DNA from: Octopus sinensis
Lineage: Eukaryota
Direction: 5' to 3'
Assembly (NCBI RefSeq): GCF_006345805.1
Contig: NC_043002.1
Location: forward strand, 79,794,001-79,858,000
Length of the DNA: 64,000 bases
Shown: positions 12,591-26,879 of the stretch, one piece after another
Numbering within the stretch: the first letter of the stretch is position 1
How the letters are laid out: each line of letters begins with the position of its first letter
The notes under the pieces: model-generated
What the model was told of the DNA's origin: nothing
Seen by the model: only the letters and a program-made list of their open reading frames with translations
The model's database searches: none
Program-made: the position numbers and the translations under genes

Positions 12591-13718
12591 TAGGTACGTA
12601 TTCTGATGCAAACAGGAAAATGAATCTTTCACCAGAACTGTCATTTTTATGTGCTAATGTATGCATATATGTCAATAAATCTTCCCTATATTTTAAATTT
12701 ATTTTTTCGTTGAAAAATATGCACGATCTAAGTGACATTGTAATTGTTTGTATATCTTATTCTAGTTCAAGGAAATTTCATTAAAACCGAAATACATGTC
12801 CCCGTCTGGATTTGAAATCAGTTTGATAAGTGCCAGCGCACAAAATTCTTGGCACCTGACTCATTTTGTAACGGTATGTATGTACGTATGTATGTATTTC
12901 ATTATTCTGTTCTATTTCAAGATTTCTTGCCAATAGAGAAAGAGCCGGTTTCTAACCTAAATCCTAGACTCCTTCATTGGAATTTCAATATCAACAACAG
13001 GGTATGTATGTATGTATGTATGTATGTATGTATGTATGTATGTATGTATGTATGTATGTATGTATGTATGTGTGAATGAATGAATGTATGTATTATGTAT
13101 CTATGAATGTATGTATGTATACGTGCAGATTTGTATGTTTTATTTTTATGTGTGTTTTCTCATGTATATAGTTGCATTTCTAGACATGATCATATATACT
13201 TAAATGATAAACGTCTGGAAAGTTTTACAGATTCTTACAGTTCCAGTGATGGATTGGATCTGTAGTCTTCGAATCAGCTTTCTCCTTTGTAGTATTTACA
13301 CACCAATCTGAAAATTAGTATCAAGTCTGTGTATGTATGTATGTATGTATGTATGTATGTATGTATGTATGTATGTATGTATATGTGTGAGTGCATGCGT
13401 TTGAAACAGCTTTTATTGTGGACACGGTATGTGGAAATCATGAAAATGTTCTAATTTCGTCTTTTTATTTGGTGGCATTTTTTTAGGTGTCTTTCGTGTC
13501 TAAGAGATACTTGTTATTCATTTGAAAGGAAGAAAGTTTTCATATATTTCTCAATGCTTTTCTTAAGCGATTACTATGAATATTTTTACTCCCTTACCTA
13601 TACTCCCTCCCCTTACTTAGCGGTCATTCTAATAGCTCTTTTGTCTTAATAACGGTCAATCACACAGTAATTTCCCTTTGCTTAACGGCCATTTTCATAG
13701 CACTTTTTTCGATGGCCC

Positions 13719-13779
13719 GATAACTGAAGAGATACCGGCGTGGATTGCCGCTCCGACATCCGAAACTCGGAGTTTTATC
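13719..13779 (+). ncRNA. Type-I hammerhead ribozyme motif with intact core
   Basis: GAUAA CUGAAGA [GAU..CGGCG/UGCCG..AUC C] GAA ACUC G GAGU U UUAUC: 5-bp stem I GAUAA/UUAUC, canonical CUGANGA and GAAA, near-palindromic stem III, GUU site. Base of stem II is irregular. Confidence 0.65.
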
Positions 13780-14878
13780 ATGGCTACCGAATAATTGTCA
13801 CATTTGAAGTCATGTTGGCTTGTCTACTGCTCCATTTATTTTTATAGTAGGCGGTTTTTGTTCAGGAAAACAACAGTGTATTAATCGTACAACCAGTAGT
13901 TGACCGTTAGTCTTGTACGTTATCGGCAAATATTCGAATCTGATTATATAGAATTCTAACATTTCTGTTTTATCAAATCGTGGTTGTGAAATCTACGTGA
14001 TTAAAATTCTAGTTGTAAAGTTTACATAAACAAAAGCCGCATACTATGATAAAAGATATCTCACAAGTATACCCCACCGCATATCCTGAAGACAAACCTG
14101 AGATATCATGGAGACGTTGATTAAAAACTGAATTTTAGAACATTATTGCTGAGAAAGAATGTGTTTGAAATACAGATAAGAAATAACCTTTTAAAAATGT
14201 CAAAGTAGAACACAGTCGTGTTTTCAGTACTATGTTATATGTGTGTTTGTGTGTGTATATACATATGTTTGTATTTGTGCACCTGTGTGTATCTTTGTAG
14301 AAATGTAAGAATTCGCGAGCGTGTGGATTTTGTAAACACACAGAATGGTTTTATAGTGAAAACGAAATAGCGTGTTTAAACTAGAAATTTGTTCAGATCT
14401 GTAGCCAGAAGAATGCAGTTTATTTGACGAATGTGAAATAGCGATCAGTTACATGTTTTCCCTTCCACAGACAATATATAAGCTTATAGCAACTTATAAA
14501 TAGACGCAAACCCGTACGAATCTAATTGCGCTAAAAGTGTTGGCTACACCAGTTAATTAATTAATTACTAGAAGCATTACACAGAGATTAGCATAAGTAG
14601 AAGTCAAAGGAGATCATACAAATTTTATTTATGTCCATTTGTGTTTGTTTGTTCGTGTGTATGTGTTTGTATGTGTGTGTGCGCGCGCCCAGTCGTGTCT
14701 ATAGGAGTAGCTCTGTGATTAAGAAACTCGCTTTGAAACCAAGTGGTTTCAAGTTTTGTCACACTACGCGGCACTTTGGGGCATGTGGATTCTACTACAG
14801 CCTTCGACCGATCGATGCATTGCGAGTGAATTTGGGAGGCGGAAACTGTGTGGAAGTCCCTCGTATGTATATATGTGT

Positions 14879-14915
<37 letters not shown>

Positions 14916-14954
14916 ATTGTGTGTGTAATCTTCTTGAGAAAGGATTGAAGATAA

Positions 14955-16251
14955 CACTGTACAGAAAATGTACAGAGGATCTGCTTGCATTATTCACCAT
15001 GAAGGATGATTATGCTTTTGTAATGACATCACTGAACTTTTTGAGCAACTGGAAATACCATATGATAAAACCAACTGGCGACTTTTCATAGATGCATCCA
15101 AGTACAGCATCAAAGCTGTTCAGCTACACAATAGTAACACTCTGCCTTCTGTTCCCATAGGTTATAGCACAACCATGAAAGAATCGTATGAAAATCTGAA
15201 AGCAATTCTAACAAACATACAGTATGATTATCATACCTGGCATATTTGTGCAGATTTTAAGGCTGTGGCCATGCTTACTGCCCTTCAGCTTGGCTATACT
15301 AAATTTTGCTGCTTCCTGTGCTTATGGAATTCCAGGGCAAGAGTTGAACATTATGTATGCAAGGATTGACCGATCCGAGATGAAATTGAGCAAGGAAAAC
15401 ACATCATGCACAAGCCACTTGTGAAAAGTGATAGAATTTTTTACCACCTTTGCATATTAAACTTGGTTTGTTTAAGCAACTTGTGAAAGCCTTGGACACG
15501 GAATCCTCCGCATTTGCATATCTTGCAGAAAAGTTCCCTTCCCTGAGTCAAGCTAAAATTAAAGAAGGTTTCTTCATAGGTCCCCAAATTCGAAAAATTG
15601 TACTTGATGAAACCTTCATCACACATCTCAAGAGAAAAGTGTAGCTTGCCTTTGAGTCGTTCAAGAAAGTTTGCAATAACTTCCTGGGCAACTATCGTTC
15701 TGAAGACTATGTGCAAGTTGTGAATGATCTGCTGAGTCATTATCATGATATGTGATGTAACATGTCTCTAAAAGTTCATGTGCTTCACTCTCATTTGGAT
15801 GTTTTGGCAGAAAATCTTGGTGATGTGAGTGATGAACATGACGAAAGATTCCATGAGGATATTTCAGTGATGGAGCAACGATTCAAAAGAAAATGGAACC
15901 CTGGCATGTTGGCAGACTACTGCTGGGATATGAAAAAAGATAACACTCCGCACAAGAGGCTTAGAAGGACAAAAGTTGTTTAAACTGACAGGTGTGTTTT
16001 TAATTCATAACCAATATATGTTTTGTTATACCAAATAAATTTTTGTTTTTTGTAACTTACCGTATTTGCAATGTTGTGTTCAATACGCAACATTATGCAA
16101 AATATTATAAAACATATGGTTCATGTTACAGGAAAACGGTGCCTAATCTGGAGAAATAAAGGTCAGAATCAGAATCAGGACAATTTTTTGACCCAGAAAC
16201 AAGTCTTACTTAATTTGTACTATTTTCGAACCTGAAATTTGTTGCACAATG
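14955..16251 (+). mobile_element. 5'-truncated DNA transposon remnant, Chapaev3-like transposase (CMC/Transib-related) with putative right terminus
   Basis: Frameshifted translation: MKESYENLKAILTNIQY..WHICADFKAVAMLTALQLGYTKFCCFLCLWNSRAR..PPLHIKLGLFKQLVKALD..KIKEGFFIGPQIRK..NFLGNYRSEDY..MSLKVHVLHSHLD..ENLGDVSDEH.ERFHEDISVMEQRF..WNPGMLADYCW. Right end reads CATTGTGCAACAAATTTC on the minus strand. Family assignment is from memory of these motifs. Confidence 0.7.
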
Positions 16252-16916
16252 TTTCATAAATACTTGATATTCAATTTTATTTATTCATTCCAATTATCAA
16301 TGTTTAATAATTCAATGCTGTGAGTTAAAATCAACGTGTATTTTTCAACATTTGTCTATTTATTAGCGAAGTCTCATATAAAATAATTATTTGTTTAAAC
16401 TTGGAATTAAATGGGTTTTTATTTACTGTCAGGTGACTTTTGGCCAAACCTGTATATACATACATACACATACACACTTATGAATACATGTATTCATAGG
16501 TGTGTGTATGCATTATACACACACACATACATACATACATACATGCATACATACATACACACACATATATACACAACACATACGTATTTTGTATAGAGAT
16601 AACCTTCATTCCGTCGATTACGACGACGAGGGTTCCAGTTGATCAACGGAACTGTTTGCTCGTGAAATTAACGTGCAAGTTGCTTAACATTCCACAGATA
16701 CACGTACCCTTAATGTAGTTCTGAGGGAGATTCAGCGTGACACAAAATATGACAAGGTCGGACCTTTAAATCAGAAGAACTTCTCATTTTTGCCAGCCGA
16801 GTTGACAGGAGCAATATGAAATAAAGTGTCATAATGAAGAACAAAACGACCCGCTGGGATTCAAACGCATGACCTTACAATCGTGAGTAGAATACCCTTG
16901 CCACTATATAAATATA

Positions 16917-17145
16917 CAGGGTTGGTCAAAAGTCACCCGACAGTAAACCAAAATTCCATAAATACAATCTGCAATTCTGTATTGACTAAAATTGAAAAAT
17001 GTGTCACTCAAGAAGGACTTCAGTTTGAAAAATGTTCATGATGTTTCGTATTAAGATGCTTTTATTAAATTCATTCAGTTGTTAAACATAAACCTTGAAA
17101 TTTAATGGTTTTATTTTCCTGTCAGATGACTTTTGGCCTCCCCCG
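16917..17145. mobile_element. MITE of the Tc1/mariner type with TA target-site duplication
   Basis: TA|CAGGGTTGGTCAAAAGTCACCCGACAG ... CTGTCAGATGACTTTTGGCCTCCCCCG|TA. A right-half copy ends at 16452. Confidence 0.75.
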
Positions 17146-17751
17146 TACATGCGACACCCAGAGTCGCACATGCTGCAATTTTGCGTTAGTAGCAGCTCAA
17201 TGATATGAACATTATCAATATCAAACAGTTAATGCACGCATGTTGTTAAACGGTAGTAGCTGTCGTGTTTCATTTAAGGAAGGTCTCTTTAAGGACGTAT
17301 AGTGTAAAAATAAACACAGTATACTTCAATATACTTCAACGCTAAACGAAACGAAATACAATGTCATCCAAAAAGTGAAGGAGAACGACAACTATCGATA
17401 TTTTATAGATTCTGCGGCTCATCGGTTTCGTGTATTCGCCTCATTTCCGAAACGAATTGGATACATACATAAATACATACATACATACATACATACATAC
17501 ATACATACAGTCAACCAAATGATTCACCCATTATAAATACAATCTATAAGTGGGACGTTAAAACCATGCAAGACATTGGTCAGATTTAAAATGTGAAATC
17601 GTTTTCGTTATCTAGATTCCAATGTTGGAGCTTTGTATTATTGTTAGAAACCAGCCCTTCTTCACAGGAAGAACTTAAATAATTAAAAAAGAAGAGATAC
17701 ACGCACACACACATACACACACACACACACACATACGCACATACAAACATT

Positions 17752-17789
<38 letters not shown>

Positions 17790-17845
17790 GAGTCAGACGC
17801 CATGATAGATCGTTAGCCACAACACCTTTTTTTCTCTCCTTGTTT

Positions 17846-17883
17846 TTTTTCTGTAGAAGAGCGTAGGCTCGAAACGTAAAAGA
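17846..17883 (+). ncRNA. Minimal hammerhead-like motif, A6U variant, in a short non-coding repeat
   Basis: UUUUU CUGUAGA A GAGC GUAG GCUC GAA ACGU A AAAGA. Confidence 0.6.
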
Positions 17884-18054
17884 CTTTTTCTATTCCTGAG
17901 CGCTATACTAATACATCTGTTTGTTTTGTACACCACCTGCCTTGGTCTTGTTTTTTTTCGTAAACTTTCCTTATCTATATATATATACTTATACTCAGAC
18001 ACATACAGTAGCATTCATGTCATGTATATATATATATATATAATATAATATATA

Positions 18055-18433
18055 TTATGTGAGATAGAAAGATGAATAATCTTGTTGTAGATTAATCAAA
18101 AGTTAACGATACCTTAGTAGCAAAAATCACAGCAGTAAACAGCACGGTTGGAGGTACAACCATCTGGCATTGCACCCGTGCGTTGGTGCGGATAATTGAA
18201 ATTAAACATTATTGGTGAATTGAAGAAATGGAGCTGAACGCAGATTGAAGAAATCGTTTTATTTCATTCTACACGTGTTTCGAAGGCACAAATTACCAAA
18301 ATCGATGAATAATGGGACCATATTGTGGTCTTTCTCTTCAGGAAGAAAAAAGGAAATCCGTTAGAGAAACAAAAACAGAACAGAGGCGGAGCAAAAACCA
18401 AATCGAACTATGCTCCTAAGACCCATGGCGAAA

Positions 18434-18436
<3 letters not shown>
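18055..18436 (-). mobile_element. Solo 3'/pseudo-LTR fragment of PLE family 1, containing its hammerhead (about 18262-18346)
   Basis: Reverse complement of about 42845-43224; both ends abut (TA)n. Confidence 0.85.
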
Positions 18437-18468
<32 letters not shown>

Positions 18469-19519
18469 ACTCAAGACACATACACAGTAGTATATACATG
18501 TGTCTGTGTGTGTTTATGTATGCATGTATGTATATATTTATGTATATAGTCATTGACGGTTCATAAAAATGGCGTACAATGGAAGCAGACATTTGGTAAT
18601 AAAAAGGAAGTAGATACATAAAATCCAACGACAATCCAAAAGACACGGAAACCAGACAAGTAAGAGATGTCTATAAGCATGCTTTCTCACTTTAAACCCC
18701 CTCTCTCTCACTGACTCACTTCTCTCTCTCTCTCTCTATATATATATAATATAACACACATATATACCACATATATATATGTATATATATATATAGTATA
18801 ATACATATTTATATATCTATATAGTATATATATACTATATATATACACACATATATATACATATATATATACACATACATATATATATACATATAATTAT
18901 ACATACATATATTACTATATATATATTAGATATATTATATATATTATTTATACATACATATATATATATTATATATTAGATATATATATATATATATATA
19001 TTATATATAATATATCTATATATATATTATATATATATATATATTATATATATTCACTCCTATACATCCGTACTCAGAGATGTGTGCGTCTGACAATATG
19101 TGTGTGTGTATGAGACTGAGTCGCCTGCGTCTGCATCTATATCCAACATGGTGTATCTGGAAATCTAACACTAAATAGGTCTTACAATTGTTCCTTTTTG
19201 ATAACCAGAAAAATTGTTGTGTTTAGATTATAGGCGTCTTTTCTTTTCATATTTATATTTGGTTAAATTCAATTACTTTTCTTTGTTGTTTTCTTTTCGT
19301 TTTGCTTTTATTTTATTTTATTTTTTTTCATTTTTAATCTCGTTATTTGAATGTTTATATCTTCAAAATAGTTTGTTGCATCATCAAATCGGTGCTACTT
19401 CATCAATTCATTGCTCTAGCCGCCAATCACAAACCGTTATTTCCAGTCGCAGCCATTATCAACGTCATTATCAAACGGTTCCACAAATATCAAAGACAAT
19501 GTCTTCAACATTTCGAAGC

Positions 19520-19817
19520 ATTGATAATAATAATAATATTAATAATAATGATAATAATAATAATAATAATAATAGCAATAATCATAACTACAATAATAAT
19601 AACTACAATAATAACAACAACAATAATAGTAATAATCATAACTACAATAACAACAACAACAACAACACAACAATAATAATAATAATAATAATCATAACTA
19701 CAATAATAATAATAATCATAACTACAATAATAATAATAATCATTACTACAATAATAATAATAACAACAACAACAACAAAAATAATAATAATTATAATAAT
19801 AATAATAATAATAATAA

Positions 19818-19848
<31 letters not shown>

Positions 19849-22270
19849 AAGAAGAAGAAGAAGAAGAAGAATGATGATGATGATGCTGCTGCTGATGATG
19901 ATAGTAAACAGCAAAAAAAAAATAAATAGAACAAGTAATAATAACAACAGGAGTAATAATTGTTGAAGAACAAAAAGAAGAAACAATTATGATGAATGAA
20001 AGTGAATAAAAAAATAAATACTAACAAACATATAAATAAATAATGCAATCTCACCATCACCACCACCACCACCACCACCACCACCCACCACACTACCACT
20101 ACCACTTTCACTGCTATAACCACGGCCAACGAAATCAAACTTCCAGCTACCGCCGTCACGACCACCATCGTCACTACAGAGAACGTTTCCAACTTTACAT
20201 CCACCCCCGCCATCATTATTTTTCCATCGCATCATCTAGCACCACACCACCCGCTAACTGTAATACCAACAATACTACCACACAGCGCGACCAGCACCAG
20301 AATTTTGGAACACCTACGCCGCCATTGAAAAGCATTATTAACACTATCATCATCATCGTCATCATTATCATCGTCGTCATTATCATCATCATAATAATCA
20401 TGATCATTATGGTGATGATGATGATGATGATTATGATGATGATGATGAAGATGATCATCATCATCATCATGATCACCGTCATCGTCGTCGTCGCCATCTC
20501 CATCTCCATCACCGCTTTATTTCTTCATCAGCATCTCCACCAGTGTTACCACAGCGAGTAACAACATCACCCCTGATACAACCGACACCATCACCACCAC
20601 CACCACCACCACCACCACCAACACCACCACCATTAACACCACCACTCCCACAATCATCACCTCACCACCGTCATTACCACCACCACTTCCAGCACCATCA
20701 TAGCAACTAATTCCCATTATTACAACCGTTGTCAAATCACCGTCGCTACCATCACAAATACCCCTACCTCCACCACCACCACCACCACCACTCCACCACC
20801 ACCATCATCCCTACAACCACCACTAGTAATGCCACAACCACCACTGCCACTACTACCAATGCCATTAATATTAGCACTCCTACCACCACTCACGCCATAA
20901 TCAGAAATCTCCAACAGCGCCATAATTGCTTCTACACCGTCACCACCACCACCACCACCACCACCACCACCACCAACAACAACAACACAACAACAACAAC
21001 AACAAAACAACAACACTACCTCCAACAACATCTCTAATATTAACGTATTTGCTACCACGAATGCCGTCGCCGCAGCCACGAAGGGCACCATGTCCATCAC
21101 TATCATCCCCGTGCCACCCCGACCCCCATTATACAAGTCACTACTCCATCACTTCCCCTATCTTCAACATCGTCACAATTATCGTCATACCAGTACATCA
21201 CCACATATACCATCATTTCTATTACTGATTTCATCACTGCAATAACCACTTCCATCGGCATTACTACCACCACCACCACCACTTACACTGCCAACACCAC
21301 TGCCATCACCACCACCACCACCACCACCACCACCACCACCACCACCGCCACCACCACAACACCACCACCACCACCACCACCACACCACCACCACCACCAC
21401 ACACCACCACCACCACACCACCACCACCACCACCACCACCGCCGCCACCACCACCACCACCACCACCCACCACCACAACACCACCACCACCCACCACCAC
21501 CACCACCACACCACCACCACAACCACCACCACCACCACCACACCACCACCACCACCACCACCACCACCACCCCACCACCACACACCACCACCACCACCAC
21601 CACCACCACCACCACCACCCCGCCGCCGCCACCACCACCACCACCACCACCACCCACCACCACAACACCACCACCCACCACCACCACCACCACCACCACA
21701 CCACCACCACCACCACCACCACCCACCACCACCACCACACCACCACCACCACCACCACCAACCACCACCACCACCACCACCACCACCACCACCACCACCA
21801 CCACCACCACCACCACCACACACCACCACCACCACTTACACTGCCAACACCACTGCCATCACCACAGCAAAAAAAAAAAACAACAGCAAACACACCACCA
21901 CCCACCACCACCACCAACAACACCTCCTCCATCGCCACCACCAATAACACCAACACCACCATGTCGTCATCTCCACGGCACCTCCACCGTCACCATCATC
22001 ACCGCCACCACCATCATCAACAACATATTTACCACTATCATCACCACCATCAACAATACCACCATCAGCACTACCACCAACACTACCATCAACACCACTA
22101 CCACCACCCCGACATCAAAACCTCCACCACTACATCCTACACTGCCACCTACACCACCAGCACAACTACCGTGACTACCACTAACAACTGTAACACCATT
22201 GCAGCAACCACTACCACAGCCTGTACCACCCAAGTCACTTGTACTACAGTAATTACAATACAAGCTACAA
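19520..22270. repeat. Very long compound trinucleotide tract (AAT, AAC, AGA, ATG, then CAC/CCA/CAT)
   Basis: Direct reading; near-pure (CCA)n at about 21305-21835. Explains the poly-H/T/P/G/V/W ORFs. Confidence 0.95.
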
Positions 22271-25200
22271 GTCAATGACGTAAAGTTTGCCTATTGATTT
22301 GACCAACTGGAAACAGCAGTCAAATGTTAGACTTGGAAGAAAAGGAAGGAAAGATTGGGGAACACCATGCCCGAATATGAAATAGAATGGTCACGGTTTA
22401 GACGCCTTTGATCGTGGGTGAGCTTGTTTGGAGCAGATTTGGAACTAAATAATAGCAGACACGAAAAAAATCATGGCAGCCTAAATATCAGTTTCAAATT
22501 GAAGCGGGCAGAATCATTAGCACGACGGGCGAAATGCTTAGCGTTATTTTGTCTGTCTTTGCCTTTCATCCTTTCGTGGGGTCGATAAATTAAGTACCAG
22601 TTGCGTATTGGAGTCGATCTTATCGACTGGGCCCCTCCCCCAAAATCTCGGGCCTGGTTCCTAGAGTAGAAAAGAATATCGGTTTCAAATTTTGGTATCA
22701 GGGCACCATTTTCGGGGAAGAGGGTAATTCAGTTACATTGACTTCAGTATCCAATTGTATAATACTTCTTTTATCGACCACGAAAGTATGAATGGCAAAG
22801 TGGACTTCGGTGGAATTTGAACTCAGATCGCAAAGAGTGACGAAATGTTGCTAAACTGTTTGTCCAGCGTGCGAAAGATTCTGCATTCTCCCCCGCCTTA
22901 ATTTTTGGTTTCAAATTTTGGCGCAAGACCAGCAATTTCGAAGGAGTGGGTAAGTCAATTACCGGAGGGGTTTATTGTATTGATCTAAAAATAACGGTTA
23001 TTAATAGTAGCCTCGGTGGGATTCGAACCCAGAAACTGAAGACCCGTAAGGAATATTGCTTAACATATCGCCCGAAGCGCTAACGACTCTTTCACAACTA
23101 CCTCATACACAGCGTCTAAAACACACAAAACAACAACAACTAAATACGCCTATACATACACACGCTCATGCACGTACACATACTCAGGCACATACTCTCA
23201 AATACACATGCGCACATAAACAATTTACGCACACGCACGTACAAACACACGAACACAAACAAATACACGCAAGAATCTTCACACGTATGCACTCAGGGAA
23301 TGTTAAAGAAAAGGAATTTCCGTCGGACGTTGTTCGATCTATGGATCTGTTAATCGATTTAGCTTGTAAGCGATTGAGTATTCCAACAGACACGTGATCC
23401 ATACGCTGAGTCAGCCTAAAACAGTAATCCATAAACTGAGCAACCCGTAGGCTGAGTCAGCCTAACAGAGCATGGCAAAGCTATAATTTGACATCATACT
23501 ATTTGATAGGCAATGCCATATCCACAGACAGGCACATATGCACACGCAAAGCTTAGCCCCAGCTTCCATTAATTGATAAGAGAGGTGGACATCGGAGCTT
23601 CAATCTGCAAGAAATACCAACTAAAGACTCACTGGAATCATACTTTTACGTTTTAATTATAAGGATACTACAAAGGCGACGAGCTGGTAGAATCGTTAGT
23701 ACGACGGGGGATATGCTTAGCAGCATTTCGTCCTTGTTAAACGTTCTGGGTTAAAATTCCGCCAAGTTTGACTTTGGCTTTTATCCTTTCAGGGTTGATA
23801 AAATAAGTACCAGTTGAGCAATGGGGTCGACGAAATCGACTTGCCCCCTCTCCCAAACTTGCTGGTCGCCTTGTGCAAATATTTCAAGCCAGCTATCAGC
23901 ATTCTAGTCCTACATTGTGGCTTTTTTTTTCAAAGTTAGAGAGGAAATAACGCTTTGCTCATGACCATGGGCCGCCAAGATTGGCGGAAAAAAGGCAGAA
24001 AAAGAAGATATCCGCAAACAAGAGACTGGATTGGAAGGGTTGCTACAGGTATGCAAGATATCAAATGGTGGAGTTAATCACGGTAGTACGTTAAGTGAGC
24101 AAAGTGATTGACAATATCGGGATTTACTCTTGGAGCGCAAAGGGCGGGATCAAATACCCTAATTTATCAAATATGATGCTCGTACATTTCCGATAGTCCA
24201 ATGCACAAGATAGATACATTTTTTTTTTATTTCTACGTACTTCGAATGAATGAAAGTGAACGTATGTGGCCTTATGCTTAGGGTGTTACTATCATTATCA
24301 GATGATCGTGGTTTCAATTCCCGAATCAGACGGTGCATCCTTTCTGTGAGCAAAATACTTCATTTCCAGTTACTACAATATATTCAGCACTAAATGAAAA
24401 CAACTGCAACAGACTTGTGTCCCATTAAGGGGGTGTGCATGATCTTGGCCACTTACACGCCATAGAAAGTGGGTAAGCGGCTTTATAAATCCTGGGAATT
24501 CCAGACAGAAATCTCTAGGGTTGATGACGACGACAACGACAACGACGACGATGATGATGTTGATAAAGGATTGAAAAGCAAGCATCTTAATCACGTACCA
24601 ATTGCTTTTACTATTATCTGTATTAGTCTGAATCAGAATCGCGAAGGTACCATTCACAGTTTTCCTTTTAACTTTTAAAATTTTTTTTCCAGAAATGCTG
24701 AAGTGTGATGCGAGGGGCGAGTGAGAGAGAGGTTTCTCCGGAATATCTCAACCAGCACCAACTACATCGTAGTGGTACTACTGTTGTTAATAATGAAAGT
24801 GATGTTGATGGTGGCGATGCTGGCGCTGAATGTTGTAGTCGTAGTGTTAGTAGTAGTAGTATTAGTAGTAGCAGCAGCAGCAGCGACAATAGTTGTTGTA
24901 GTACGTTGATGGCAATTGTTGTAGTTGCATTGTTATTGTTGTTATTGAGCTGGCAGATTTGGCAACCAGTTAGCAGAATGTTTTCGAATACTGGGCAAAA
25001 TGCTTAGCGACATTTCATCCGTCATAACGTTCTGAGTTTAAATTCCGCCGTGGTCGACTCAACCTTTCATGCTTTCAAAGTCAACCATACAATCAGCACC
25101 ACTGCCGCCACTACCGCTGCTACCGCCGCCGCCACCAGAGCAATGTTACCATTGCTGTAAAATTGGTGGCGAGCTGGCAGAATCATTAACACACCGGGCG

Positions 25201-25596
25201 AAATGCTTAGTTGCATTTCGTCTGCCGTTACGTTCTGAGTTCAAATTCCGTCGAGGTTGAATTTGCCTTTTATTATTTCTTTCGATGAAATAAGTACCAG
25301 CTATGGTCGATCTAATCGACTGGCCCGTCCTCCAAAATTTCGGGCCTTGTGCCTAGAGTAGAATAGATTATTATAATAAGGCGATGAGCTGGCAGAATCG
25401 TTAGCATTTCTTCCGTTTTTTACGTTCTGAGTTCAAATTTCGTCGTGGTCGACTGTGCCTCTCATCCTTGAAGGGTCGATTTAAAAAGTACACGTAATCG
25501 ATTTATGGTCTGCCCCGAAATTTCAGGCCTTTTGCCTATACTAGAAAGGATAATTATTGGTTATGATATTGTCTGTGGAAGTGGTATCGTTTAGGG

Positions 25597-25890
25597 CAGT
25601 GTTTCCCAAAGTGGGTAGCACTGCCTCCCTGGTGCTAGTGGAAAGATCCAGTGGGGGAGGGCGTTCAAGAGAAGAAGTCGAGCGATAATCGGGTGACCAA
25701 AAGGGAGCAATGGCTGCGAAAACAACAAATTAATTGGTTAATTAGTTTAAGTTTTATTTGTGAAAAAATTGTTTTTCTGCTTTTGTTTCGGGAATTGGTC
25801 TGGGTTTGTAGTGGAGAATGGAGTGGGAGCGCCAAGAATGTGGTCTGGGTTCTAAGGAGACGACAACCCGTACAAGTTTGCTAACTACTG
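25597..25890. mobile_element. hAT (Charlie-like) MITE
   Basis: Ends CAGTGTTTCCCAAAGTGGG ... AAGTTTGCTAACTACTG; flanking 8-mers GTTTAGGG and GCTTAGGA resemble a decayed 8-bp TSD. Confidence 0.6.
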
Positions 25891-26879
25891 GCTTAGGATA
25901 TTGTTGGTTGGGTCAATGATGATGGAGTTGGTGATGACGAAGATGTTTTTGGTGGAGATGAAGTTGTCTTAGGTGAAAGTGCTGAAGGCTGAAGGCACAT
26001 AGCTTAGTGGTTATGGTATCCGACTCACGATCGTAAAGTAGTGAGTTCAAATCACTGTGGTGCATCGTGTCATTTAGCAAGATACTTTATTTCACGTTGC
26101 TCCTGTCCTGATGGCTGGCAAAAAAAAAAGTTGTACCTGTAATTCAAAGGGCCAGTATTCTCACATTCTGTGTCACGTTGAAACTCCCGGAGAACGATGT
26201 TAAGGCCTCCCGTGTCTGTGGAGTGCTCAGCCACATGCACGTTAATTTCACGAGCAGGTTGTTCTGTCGATTAGATCAACTAGAACTCTCACCGTAGTAA
26301 CCGACGGAATGCCAGTCACTCTGAATCTCCCTGAAAACAACGTTAAGGAATGCGTGTCCGTGGAGTGCTCATCCACTTGATATGTTAATTTCACCGAGCA
26401 GGCTGTTCCATTGATCGGATCAATTGGAACTATCATCTTCGTAACCGACGGAGTACCACTTGTATCAAGTGATGTGGTACTCTTGTTGTGGCGAATGTGA
26501 ATGGGGTTGCATCATAATTGGGAGATCGATAAATTAAGTACCAGTGAAACATTGGGGTCGATATAATCGACTAGTAACCTCCCTACACATTTGCTACCTT
26601 GTGCCTCCAGTAGAAGTTATTATTAAGGCGGGAAAGCTGGCAGAATCGTTAGCACGCTGGACGGAATGCTTAGGGGTATTTCGCCCGTCACTAGGTTCTG
26701 AGTTCAAATTCCACGGAGCTCGAATTTGCCTTTTATCCTTTCGGGGTCGATAAATTAACTACGAGTGAAACACTAAGGTCGATATGATCAACATGTGCCC
26801 TCCCCACAATTTTCGAGCCTTGTGCCTTCAGTAGAGAGGATTATCATTATTAGCGATAATAGTATTATCGATAATGATA

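Noticed and set aside
12935-12990. Minus-strand ..CAAUGA..GAAACCGG motif
   Set aside because: Core too degraded and stems unconvincing.
19214-22278. Many long ORFs (poly-H, G, V, W, N, I)
   Set aside because: They are translations of trinucleotide repeats, open in several frames on both strands, with no domain signal.
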